The position numbers and the translations under genes were made by a program. Shown here piece after piece: positions 42,088 through 50,566 of a DNA stretch of 64,000 nt. Location: NCBI GenBank assembly GCA_016214565.1, contig JACROE010000002.1, positions 536,007-600,006 on the forward strand, read 5' to 3'. Position 1 is the first letter of the stretch. Every line of letters starts with the position of its first letter. Below the pieces are notes generated by a model. That model saw only the letters and a program-made list of their open reading frames with translations. It was not told the origin of the DNA and ran no database searches. Source of the stretch: Candidatus Kerfeldbacteria bacterium (lineage in GTDB: Bacteria; Patescibacteriota; Patescibacteriia; UBA10025; JAHIVO01).

Positions 42088-43692
42088 ATGAGTGTATCAC
42101 AATCCTACATAACTGACCTGCAGAAAATTCGTCCTACTGACGAGGAGGCTTTGCGCCAGGCAAAACGCGATTTAGCTACCAAACATGGAAGTACTATTGT
42201 TTCCAATGCAAAGATTCTAAAAGAGTATCGGACGCATGTGGCGACCGATGATCAAGATCAAACATTATTACGCGTTCTCCGCAAGCGGAATGTACGGACG
42301 CTATCGGGTATTGCGCCGGTGACCGTATTGACCAAGCCCTATCCCTGCCCGGGGCGCTGCGCTTACTGTCCGACCGAAGCGCGCATGCCGAAGAGCTACA
42401 TCGCCTCGGAGCCGGCTGCCCAGCGCGCCCTGCAATTGCATTTTGATCCGTACCAGCAGATGAAGCTTCGCATCGAGGCATTTGAGGCAAACGGCCACAA
42501 CGCCGATAAAATTGAATTGATCGTGCTTGGTGGCACCTGGTCATACTATGATGAGCAGTACCAGCAGGAGTTTATCAAAGGATTGTTTGATGGCGCCAAT
42601 GGATTTATTGCTGACTCGTTAGCTATTGCGCAGAAGCATAATGAGACAGCTCAGCACCGTATCATTGGCTTGACCCTCGAGACCCGGCCGGACTATGTCA
42701 CCAAAGAAGAGTTGTGGCGGATGCGGCAGTTTGGTTGTACCCATGTGCAGATTGGCGTGCAGACGCTTGACCAACAAGTGCTTGACCTCATCAAGCGCGA
42801 CGACAATGTGCAAAATATTGCGCGGGCTACGGCTATGCTCCGGGATTTTGGTTTCAAAGTGACATATCATTTGATGCCGGGTTTGCCAGGCGCTACGCCC
42901 GAAGGCGATTATCAAGTGTTCAAACAAGTATTTACCGACCCGCGGTTCCAGCCGGATATGCTGAAGATTTATCCGTGTGTGGTGGTGAAGAGCGCACAGA
43001 TTTACCAGTGGTATAAAGATGGAAAATATAAACCATACGAGGGGAAACAGCTGCTTGATTTGCTCGTCCGCATTAAGAAAGATTTAATACCACCCTACGT
43101 CCGTATCAATCGTTTGATTCGTGATATCCCCGGCGATGATATCGTGGCAGGTAATTTGGTAACCAACCTGCGTCAGTTGATGCATGATCAAGGAGTGGTC
43201 TGTCAATGCATCCGGTGTCGGGAAGTGCGCGATGCGGTGCCGGAGACAGAAGTGCAATTGATGGAGCGTACCTATCGTGCTGGCCAGGGAGCTGAGCATT
43301 TCCTTAGCTTTGAAAATAGTGATCAATCCAAACTGTACGCCTTTACCCGCCTGCGGTTGCCGGATCGTGAGCATCGAATTACCGAAAAGCTCGAAGTGGT
43401 TCGTTTCTTTGATAAGAAGAAAATCACCATGACCGGCAACGAATTAGCGTTTCCCACTGACACAGCCTTGATTCGTGAATTACATACGTATGGCGAACTG
43501 ATTCCCGTCGGGTCAGCACGGTCCGCCACCCAGCATATTGGATTTGGCAAACGCTTGATGGCACGCGCCGAGGAGATAGCTCGGCGTGAGGGGTATAAAA
43601 AGCTAGCTGTCATTTCGGGCATTGGCGTGCGGGGGTATTATGAAAAATTAGGTTTCACGCTCCAGGATACATACATGGTGAAGGAGCTTTAG
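42088..43692 (+). CDS. elp3: Elp3-family radical SAM/acetyltransferase (tRNA U34 carboxymethylase)
   Basis: RTLSGIAPV, CPGRCAYC, MPKSY, LETRPD, KIYP, RLIRDIP, CQCIRCRE, RELHTYG, QHIGFGKRLM, ISGIGVRGYY. Confidence 0.93.
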   Translation: MSVSQSYITDLQKIRPTDEEALRQAKRDLATKHGSTIVSNAKILKEYRTHVATDDQDQTLLRVLRKRNVRTLSGIAPVTVLTKPYPCPGRCAYCPTEARMPKSYIASEPAAQRALQLHFDPYQQMKLRIEAFEANGHNADKIELIVLGGTWSYYDEQYQQEFIKGLFDGANGFIADSLAIAQKHNETAQHRIIGLTLETRPDYVTKEELWRMRQFGCTHVQIGVQTLDQQVLDLIKRDDNVQNIARATAMLRDFGFKVTYHLMPGLPGATPEGDYQVFKQVFTDPRFQPDMLKIYPCVVVKSAQIYQWYKDGKYKPYEGKQLLDLLVRIKKDLIPPYVRINRLIRDIPGDDIVAGNLVTNLRQLMHDQGVVCQCIRCREVRDAVPETEVQLMERTYRAGQGAEHFLSFENSDQSKLYAFTRLRLPDREHRITEKLEVVRFFDKKKITMTGNELAFPTDTALIRELHTYGELIPVGSARSATQHIGFGKRLMARAEEIARREGYKKLAVISGIGVRGYYEKLGFTLQDTYMVKEL

Positions 43693-43710
43693 AAATTCAC
43701 GCAAATTACT

Positions 43711-43938
43711 TGTCATCCTGAACTTGTTTCAGGATCTTTTATTGTTTAGTCACTTTTCTTGACATGAGTATTCGCCACTTTTCTGTCCGTCCAGAAAAGT
43801 GGCAGAAAAGAGACGCCGCCATGTCACAGAAATTAACACAAACGGGTTCATCGTCACTTTGCGATGTAACTCGCTTTTCGTCCGCCTTTGGCGGACTCAT
43901 ACGCTCGAACATGACATCGCGATCCGCCATCGGCGGAC
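43711..43938. repeat. Cluster of REP-like palindromes
   Basis: TGTCATCCTGAACTTGTTTCAGGATCT (43711); TCCGCCTTTGGCGGA inside a unit ending ATGACA (43870-43916); TCCGCCATCGGCGGA (43923). Confidence 0.65.
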
Positions 43939-44045
43939 CGTTCCTCTTCTCGCCGTTTGTGTAACATTTCTGTTCAAATGGCGGTTTTATTAATTTTATA
44001 TCTCGCTACTCCTTGAGGCCGTTAGGGGGTATCTTTCTTAGGGTC

Positions 44046-44074
44046 TTGACAAATTGGGGTAGAGGGTGTATAGT
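44046..44074 (+). promoter_or_regulatory. sigma70 promoter followed by long structured leader
   Basis: TTGACA-17-TATAGT; ~180 nt to GTG 44261. Confidence 0.65.
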
Positions 44075-44260
44075 AGCTGGTTGTAAATTTTTTGGAGCGG
44101 TGTGCTTGCTTGGCTCCTGTCGGATACATTGTGGTATCCATAGAAGCCAGATTGGCACCAATACATTAACAAAACACTGTAGGCTGGGACGGTCAATAAA
44201 CCGCCGATCTGGTAGTCCACAACAGCAACAGTGAAACACTTTTTTTCAAAGGAGGTTTGC

Positions 44261-45505
44261 GTGAAACGCAAGCTGTTCATCATCAGTATTGTGTTGATGG
44301 TTTTTTCCATCAGCGCAACGACGCAGTCCAGGCCTCGGTGGGACTTGCCGAAGTACAATACTCAGGATCGGGCGTATTTGGATACATACGCACCCCTGAA
44401 TATGCAGCAGTCAGTTCGGAAGGCCTGGGTAGATATCTGTGGTCGTAATCAGGCCATCTATCCTGATCTCGACAAGGTCAAACCCGGCGACACAATTTTG
44501 TTGCCGCTTGGGTACGATATCTTTGTCGCCCAGGCTGGTGGGCGCGATTGCATGTGGAGAGCGGCTGAGTACTATGTGAATAACGTAGTCATGCCGTACT
44601 ATGGCCGACCGGCTCCTGCACCGGAAACTATCTCCAAACCGGAAACGGTGAGGGTGGAAGCGCCAGCACCTGTCGTTCCGGCAACTCGCACCCGCGAGAT
44701 GCCGCTTTCGTTTCTGTTGTTAGTTGTGGCATTTATTGTTGCAATCGTCCTACTGTATCAGTATTCGTCGCGACGTGAGCGGGAACGTGAACGGGCGCAA
44801 AAGTTCGTTCCTGATCCGCCACATTTCGAAAATGATGGTGATGCGGTAGTGACGCCGGTTGCGCAGTCAGCACTGCAGCGGGCCTATGGTCGCACTATCA
44901 AGATCGTCGGGCCGATCGAGCGTGGGTATATCACGGGTGACATGATCATGTTCAACAAAGACGGATCAACGAATACCCAATCATTCAACAATGAGCCTGG
45001 GTTCCGCACGCTCATCCAATTCGAGGATGGCAAAATCCGTGAGGTCGTCAGTCGGTGGTCATGTTTTAATCCCGTGTATAGCTACGACGATGCTGATTTT
45101 CGCGGCTTCTTCCGACCTGCTGAATCGTCGGTCGCGACGGAAATCCCCGTGGCCTATGATACGGCGATCAACTGTCTCAAGATGAGCATTCAGGGCAATG
45201 AGGAACCCCTCTATGCCGACGAAATACCCGGTGAAGTTGAACCTGATAATTCAGACAAGACTGAAACGGTGGCAGCTGCAGCGCCGGTTATGACTTCGGC
45301 GCCTGATCCTGAGCACCAGCTGATGAAACTTGGCGGTTGCCAGGTCTCAAAGAGTCGGCTTACGCTCGAATCGTTCGAGGGGACACCGGCGCAGCTCGAC
45401 AAGGTGCTCAATACCTTGACGCGGCACGCGCAGATCATCGGCGACGGCAAACCCGCCACGCCCGAGACTCCGGCGTCCAAGTCGGATGAGGGCACTGCCT
45501 CCTAA
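44261..45505 (+). CDS. Membrane protein with signal peptide, LysM-like segment, TM and cytoplasmic domain
   Basis: AAGGAGG SD before GTG; NQAIYPDLDKVKPGDTILLP; TM LSFLLLVVAFIVAIVLLY followed by RRERERE. Confidence 0.65.
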   Translation: MKRKLFIISIVLMVFSISATTQSRPRWDLPKYNTQDRAYLDTYAPLNMQQSVRKAWVDICGRNQAIYPDLDKVKPGDTILLPLGYDIFVAQAGGRDCMWRAAEYYVNNVVMPYYGRPAPAPETISKPETVRVEAPAPVVPATRTREMPLSFLLLVVAFIVAIVLLYQYSSRRERERERAQKFVPDPPHFENDGDAVVTPVAQSALQRAYGRTIKIVGPIERGYITGDMIMFNKDGSTNTQSFNNEPGFRTLIQFEDGKIREVVSRWSCFNPVYSYDDADFRGFFRPAESSVATEIPVAYDTAINCLKMSIQGNEEPLYADEIPGEVEPDNSDKTETVAAAAPVMTSAPDPEHQLMKLGGCQVSKSRLTLESFEGTPAQLDKVLNTLTRHAQIIGDGKPATPETPASKSDEGTAS

Positions 45506-45553
45506 GCACCTTTGTGCCACTAATTAAAATTTAGTGGAAGTGGTATTCAAATA

Positions 45554-45600
45554 ACCGCGCCGCCTGTCGAATGATTTTTCATTCCACAGGCGGTTTTTTA
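45554..45600 (+). terminator. Intrinsic terminator
   Basis: CCGCCTGT / ACAGGCGG stem plus T-run. Confidence 0.7.
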
Positions 45601-45689
45601 TTGACGTTCTGGTATCGTCGTGTTAAGGTGGTGCGAAAGAAAAATAAACCAAAAAAGCCCTTATACAACCCTAACACAAGGAGTTTCTC

Positions 45690-47459
45690 ATGCGTTATGT
45701 CCAACTCTGGATTGTCCTTATGCTGTGCCTGTTCGTCAGCGCTTGCAGCAAAAAGAGCAGTGGCCCGACTGGTCCCAGTCCTGACACGACACCGCCGAGT
45801 GTAGTGTCGACCGTACCCAGCGAAGGAGCAATTGTTCCGAATAATCAGGTACTATCCCTGACCTTCTCTGAGGAATTGTCATCCGCAACGGTGACAAAAG
45901 AGAATTTTATTGTCGTGACTGGTACTGATACTATTGCCGGAACGGTGAGCTATGCAAATAAGATTGCCACGTTCATTCCGAGTAGTGCTTTGACGTTCGG
46001 CACTTATTATGAGGTATACCTCAAAAATATTACTGACAAAGCCGGCAATGTCATGGCTGAAGCACGTGTTTTGTTTTTTTCTACCGCCGTGCCAACAACA
46101 CCGCCGAAGTTGCTGTGGTCCATACCTGCTCCCGGCGCCATCAACATAGCACAGTACACCAGTATAGTGCTGAAATTCGATCGCCCGATGGATGTGTGGA
46201 GCTCGCATCACCCCGATTACTACACCTTCGACAGTTATCAGGGTGGACATTATATCAAGGATTCAGCCGGATGCCTCGTTGTTTCACTGTATGGCTTACT
46301 TGAAAAAGGTAAGTCACATACGCTGACGATTTCTGGGTACGTGGCTGATACGTGGAAGAATGAGTTGGGTACCCCGGTATCCATTCAGTTTACCACGACG
46401 CAATCATCGCCGTATTGGGCGACACTGCTCCATGCGAGCGAATATTCTCGCGCCTATGACGTAGTTGCGCTGCATGGATCCTATTATGTTCTGGTCGCTT
46501 CGAGCGCTGATATATTCTGCTGTGAGGCAGCTCATATTTATCGGGTATCGCCGAATGGTAATGCTACATTGTTTGCAGAATTCCCCTATCCGATTTTTGA
46601 TAACACTGCCCTCGTGGCATCTGTCGACGAGTATCTGATATTTCAGGGAAGCAGCGAGCTTGGCACTGCCACTGAGCGTCCGTTCTTGGCGCGATATGAT
46701 CAATCCGGCGTCATGACCTGGCTGAAATCGTATGCCGGTTTTCCGGAGTATCGGGCTACTTCGACCATGACTTGTTCAGATAATGGGTATGCAATGACGC
46801 TCGTCGGTAATGCGGGCACGCAATCCTTTTTGGTGAAGACCAACGGGATTGGTGATATCGCCTGGCAGTATAATCTGACAGCGGGAACTGGCATCCTCAA
46901 TGCTGCTGGATGTGTCGAATTAAACAATGAGAGTATTCTTGTTGTTGGCATGGGGTCGAGCGGTAAAATCGCTGTTGTGGTTGATTATTATGGCAACTTC
47001 GTTTCCAAGAAGACATTCGGGAATACAAGCGATGATGTGCATCGGGTCGCCAAAACGTCAGAGGACGGCGCGGTGATCTGTGGCAACTATTATCGGCCGG
47101 ATGGGTTTGAGGATTACTACATTGCCAAACTCGATAATACCGGATCGCTACTCTGGGAGCGCCGTTATCAGCAAGTGTTGCATGGTTCGGCGGGGTACTA
47201 TTTTACCTTGTGCCAGGCGGCCAACGGGGATTATCTCATGACCAGCGATGGTGCATCTGATAATCAGCTCTTGCGCGTGAATGGATCGGGTGGGCATGTC
47301 TCATCTCAAACGGTCAGATTCATGTCTGGGGGCTTTAAGTATCTTGAGGATATGATCCCGACGGCCGATGGGTTCGTTCTGGTTGGAAATTCAGCCTTTA
47401 GCTCTATTAGTGGGCCGCGCGGGTTCATTACGAAGCTAAATAGTCAGGGAACCCTGTAG
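45690..47459 (+). CDS. Predicted lipoprotein with two Big_5 (SbsA-type Ig-like) domains and a beta-propeller-like C-terminus
   Basis: Lipobox-like VSAC; DTTPPSVVSTVP...TFSEEL...TDKAGN; repeats LVKTNGIGDIAW, IAKLDNTGSLLW; promoter TTGACG-17-TAAGGT (45601) and AAGGAG SD. Confidence 0.75.
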   Translation: MRYVQLWIVLMLCLFVSACSKKSSGPTGPSPDTTPPSVVSTVPSEGAIVPNNQVLSLTFSEELSSATVTKENFIVVTGTDTIAGTVSYANKIATFIPSSALTFGTYYEVYLKNITDKAGNVMAEARVLFFSTAVPTTPPKLLWSIPAPGAINIAQYTSIVLKFDRPMDVWSSHHPDYYTFDSYQGGHYIKDSAGCLVVSLYGLLEKGKSHTLTISGYVADTWKNELGTPVSIQFTTTQSSPYWATLLHASEYSRAYDVVALHGSYYVLVASSADIFCCEAAHIYRVSPNGNATLFAEFPYPIFDNTALVASVDEYLIFQGSSELGTATERPFLARYDQSGVMTWLKSYAGFPEYRATSTMTCSDNGYAMTLVGNAGTQSFLVKTNGIGDIAWQYNLTAGTGILNAAGCVELNNESILVVGMGSSGKIAVVVDYYGNFVSKKTFGNTSDDVHRVAKTSEDGAVICGNYYRPDGFEDYYIAKLDNTGSLLWERRYQQVLHGSAGYYFTLCQAANGDYLMTSDGASDNQLLRVNGSGGHVSSQTVRFMSGGFKYLEDMIPTADGFVLVGNSAFSSISGPRGFITKLNSQGTL

Positions 47460-47480
47460 ATCTATTTTGTTTTTTACCTT

Positions 47481-47549
47481 TAAGAGCGGCGAAAGTCGCT
47501 CTTATTTTTTATAAAGAAAAAGCGCAATCTCGGGATGAGACTGCGCTTG
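47481..47549. terminator. Back-to-back terminators of convergent genes
   Basis: TAAGAGCGGC/GTCGCTCTTA plus T-run, and AAGCGCAATCTC/GAGACTGCGCTT preceded by A-run. Confidence 0.7.
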
Positions 47550-47574
47550 GTTAATGTATAAAAGAGAACAAAGA

Positions 47575-47760
47575 CTAAACGGTGCCGGAGCCGTGGCACG
47601 TCGGACATTCGCCCGACCCACCACAATGAGAACAATCAATTTCAGGGGTCAGGGGCTCGACACCCGTACCGCTGCAATTAGAACACTTACCATTGCCAAC
47701 GTCACAACCAGGCAGATGGTCAGCGCAGTCGGAACAACCCTCTTCGAGGTACTCTCCCAT
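47575..47760 (-). CDS. Small DnaJ-type zinc-finger protein (61 aa)
   Basis: CSDC, CSNCSGTG, CSHCGGSG, CPTCHGSG; AAAGGAGGTGAT SD. Confidence 0.7.
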   Translation of the reverse strand: MGEYLEEGCSDCADHLPGCDVGNGKCSNCSGTGVEPLTPEIDCSHCGGSGECPTCHGSGTV

Positions 47761-47896
47761 GTATATCACCTCCTTTCAGGGAATTGACAGATTGATAGGG
47801 AAATACTAGCGTGAGAGAGCAGCGCTGGCAGCGGAACCTATTGATCGTGGACTGCAATTCATTGATCAGGTTCCGTTGCCGCGCTGCTTTTGTATT

Positions 47897-49282
47897 TCAA
47901 CCATGCGGCGGGTGGTTTACCCGAAACACGGGATTGAAATACGCGTTGCGGGCGCCATGCACCACCGGGTGGGTGCGGGCGTGGAATTCCAACCCCCCGA
48001 GCTGGTCACCAAAGATGTAAATGCCATATTTGGTAAAAAGTTTTTGCGGCATCGGCTGTCCGCTGGGATCAGCCACCAGCCGCTCCTCGACATTGGTGTA
48101 GAAGCGCTGGGCTATCCAGCCATTCTGCACGTCATTCCAGAGCGACTGCTTCCATTTCTGGTCAGACATGGTGTAGCCAAGGATCATCCGACGACCCGAG
48201 GAGCTGGTCGGGTCTTTGAGTACCCAGTCGTGTTTGTCCGCGTACTGGAGCGGGACTGATTGATCGGGAAGGACGATCTGGTCGCCCTGGACAAATCCGA
48301 TTTCCGCGAAGTGAGAATCGAGGAGTTGATAGTCTGCCGTGCCGAGCTCTTGGAGAAAGAGCGTGCGATACGGTTCGATGCGGAAGAGGTACATCCAGAC
48401 CTTATTGCCGAGGAAACGGCGATGGAGGGGGGAGAGGATGCACCGTTCGTCAGGATAGCCGGGCAGTAGCAGGTGGTAGGCGGGATCGCCTTCCTTGATC
48501 CTGCCGCGGATGATGGCCGTAGGCGCGCCAGATTGAATCTCGTCAGGGGCGACGATGGTCGAGGGGATGCCCGCTGCGGTCAGGCAGTCGGCGATGGTTT
48601 TGAAATTGCGCCAGTCGCCGTCATCGCTACGGATGACCACCTGCAGGCGGATTGATTCGCCCGGCAGGCGCTGATATGACGACCACTGGTTGATGCAGCG
48701 CTGGACAATGTCCGTGAAGCTGCGCCGGGTCGGGAACGAAAGCAGGTATGATGTGTTGTACTGGTTGAGGAAATCGGTGGCTGTGATGAGGTCGCCGACA
48801 CCAGCGGGGCGGGTGGTATTGATATCCATCACTTTGAATCCATCCGGCGTGCGGATGGCGTCCAGACGGACAAAGGGGTGGATGATCTGGTATCCCGGGT
48901 CAATCAGGGCGCATTCCCATTCGTTCTTGGTGCAGAGCGAGTGGATCTGCTCAGTGTGTTCCGGGGCCAGTTCTCCCTGGCGGGCTCGTCGGACAATCGC
49001 CATCTGGGCATTGAGCCACCGCGGCCAGGCAGCGGCCAGCCGCTTGAGTTGGTAGTATTCGGTGTGCTCGAGAATGATTGGCGAGAGTACTGGCTGGATT
49101 GCCTCTTCGATCATGGGCCCGGTCGGGGTTTCGATCTGGCGCGTGGGAGAGGGATAGGGATGCCCGCCGCCGGTTAAGGCTTCGAACCGGTTTGGTGTGT
49201 AACGGTAGCTGACGCCACCATTCAAGAGTTCTGCCATGAGTTCATCCATCTGGACGCTCAAGCAGGTGTCGATGCGTTGCAT
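47897..49282 (-). CDS. Circularly permuted ATP-grasp (glutathionylspermidine synthase-like) amidoligase
   Basis: RLDAI...FKVMDINTTRPAG, GNK, WVLKDPTSSSGRRMILG, WIAQRF; TAAGGAGG SD. Confidence 0.7.
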   Translation of the reverse strand: MQRIDTCLSVQMDELMAELLNGGVSYRYTPNRFEALTGGGHPYPSPTRQIETPTGPMIEEAIQPVLSPIILEHTEYYQLKRLAAAWPRWLNAQMAIVRRARQGELAPEHTEQIHSLCTKNEWECALIDPGYQIIHPFVRLDAIRTPDGFKVMDINTTRPAGVGDLITATDFLNQYNTSYLLSFPTRRSFTDIVQRCINQWSSYQRLPGESIRLQVVIRSDDGDWRNFKTIADCLTAAGIPSTIVAPDEIQSGAPTAIIRGRIKEGDPAYHLLLPGYPDERCILSPLHRRFLGNKVWMYLFRIEPYRTLFLQELGTADYQLLDSHFAEIGFVQGDQIVLPDQSVPLQYADKHDWVLKDPTSSSGRRMILGYTMSDQKWKQSLWNDVQNGWIAQRFYTNVEERLVADPSGQPMPQKLFTKYGIYIFGDQLGGLEFHARTHPVVHGARNAYFNPVFRVNHPPHG

Positions 49283-49353
49283 AATGCAACCTCCTTATGG
49301 GTTGTGGGTTGGAAGAAATATTAAGTTGTGAACATACGGTTTTTATTTTTTTA

Positions 49354-50250
49354 TCAGATGCCAATGCTGGCAATCTTGCTGCCGGTGCGCACGAGGTCAT
49401 TGCCTTTGATGGTCATGACCACGCCCGCGACTGGCGTTTTGATTTGTGTTTCGGTGAAATCAGTGACTGAGGTGACGGTGGCAATGGTTTGCCCCGCAGT
49501 GACGGTATCCAGCAGATTGATGGTGGGAGCGAAGAGCCCGGCAGTATCAGCGTAGAGGTATTGGGCGGTGAGCATCGGCATGGTTGATAGTGTTACGGTT
49601 GTATTCAGAAATCCATTGCCGGTGGTGATAATGCTCTGCGTGATCCGATCAATTAGTGCGGGAGAAATCATTTGGTAATTGGGCATTTCGATGAACACCG
49701 AGGGGATGCCGGCGGCAGTCAGGCTGCCATCGAAACTACCGGCGAATCGTCGGTCTTCGCCTTTCTTTTCATTGACCTTCCAGACCAGGTCCGGCTGGAG
49801 CAGGGCAATTATTTTTTGTACCGCAGGAGTGGGGACGCCTGATGCATCCGCGGCAAATCCGACGAGGAAGGGGGACTGTCGAGAGAACGTGTGCAGGTCT
49901 ATTACGAAATCTTGCTTGAGCGCGATGTTCATGATGACAGTGGCCAGCCGGCTGGTGAAATCCCCAGTTGGTTTTCCTGGAAAAGCTCGATTGAGATTAG
50001 CGCCTTCGATGGGTTCATTTCGTGTACCCTGGATAATGCCAAATGGGTTGGCTACCGGAATGATGGTGATTGTTCCCTGAATTTTTTCCTGTTGGGCAAT
50101 CAGCTGCTTAATTATCCACAGGGGGGAGAGCTCTCCGCCGTGCTGTACCGCAGTGATGAGTACTCGTGGAGTACCGGAGCCGAACTGAAGAATGGGCAGG
50201 TCGACCGGAATTGTTCCGATCGTGCCGATGGGCTGTAACATTTTTTTCAT
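49354..50250 (-). CDS. Succinylglutamate desuccinylase/aspartoacylase-family (M14) metallo-deacylase
   Basis: QHGGE, IPVANP, NLNRAFPG, IDLH, C-terminal lipoyl-like hybrid motif. Confidence 0.88.
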   Translation of the reverse strand: MKKMLQPIGTIGTIPVDLPILQFGSGTPRVLITAVQHGGELSPLWIIKQLIAQQEKIQGTITIIPVANPFGIIQGTRNEPIEGANLNRAFPGKPTGDFTSRLATVIMNIALKQDFVIDLHTFSRQSPFLVGFAADASGVPTPAVQKIIALLQPDLVWKVNEKKGEDRRFAGSFDGSLTAAGIPSVFIEMPNYQMISPALIDRITQSIITTGNGFLNTTVTLSTMPMLTAQYLYADTAGLFAPTINLLDTVTAGQTIATVTSVTDFTETQIKTPVAGVVMTIKGNDLVRTGSKIASIGI

Positions 50251-50272
50251 AGATGTGTCGTTATGACATATA

Positions 50273-50428
50273 CAAAAACACCTCTTCTGGCAGAAGAGGC
50301 ATCGCGTGTAGCTTAGTTAGTTTGATTGCGTGCTAGGCAATACTTTTGTGCACACGTAAAGATACCTCTTCGCCAGAGAAGAAGTGAAAATGACGGCGAT
50401 ACCAGGTTTGTGTGATAAAAGTATTCAT
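50273..50428 (-). promoter_or_regulatory. Leader-peptide transcription attenuator (31-aa leader ORF 50428-50333)
   Basis: Promoter TTGACA-17-TACAAT (50467-50439); leader MNTFITQTWYRRHFHFFSGEEVSLRVHKSIA; antiterminator TCTGGCGAAGAGGTATC complementary to 5' arm of terminator GCCTCTTCT/AGAAGAGGT-GTTTTT. Confidence 0.7.
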
Positions 50429-50566
50429 AGCAACGGGTATTGTAGCGCAGGAAATGGTTGGTGTCAAATTATTCTCAGACCTTGCCAGATTATTCAGCTT
50501 GCAGTAGGCTTGAAGAAAGACACAAACAACAACCAATAACCGTTCACCACAATTCATGGAGGGTTT

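Noticed and set aside
47575-47760. Small Zn-finger as the Trm112 partner of the Trm9/Trm11-like enzymes
   Set aside because: The CxxCxGxG pattern is DnaJ-type and lacks the Trm112 L-x-CP...YPI-x-x-GIP signature
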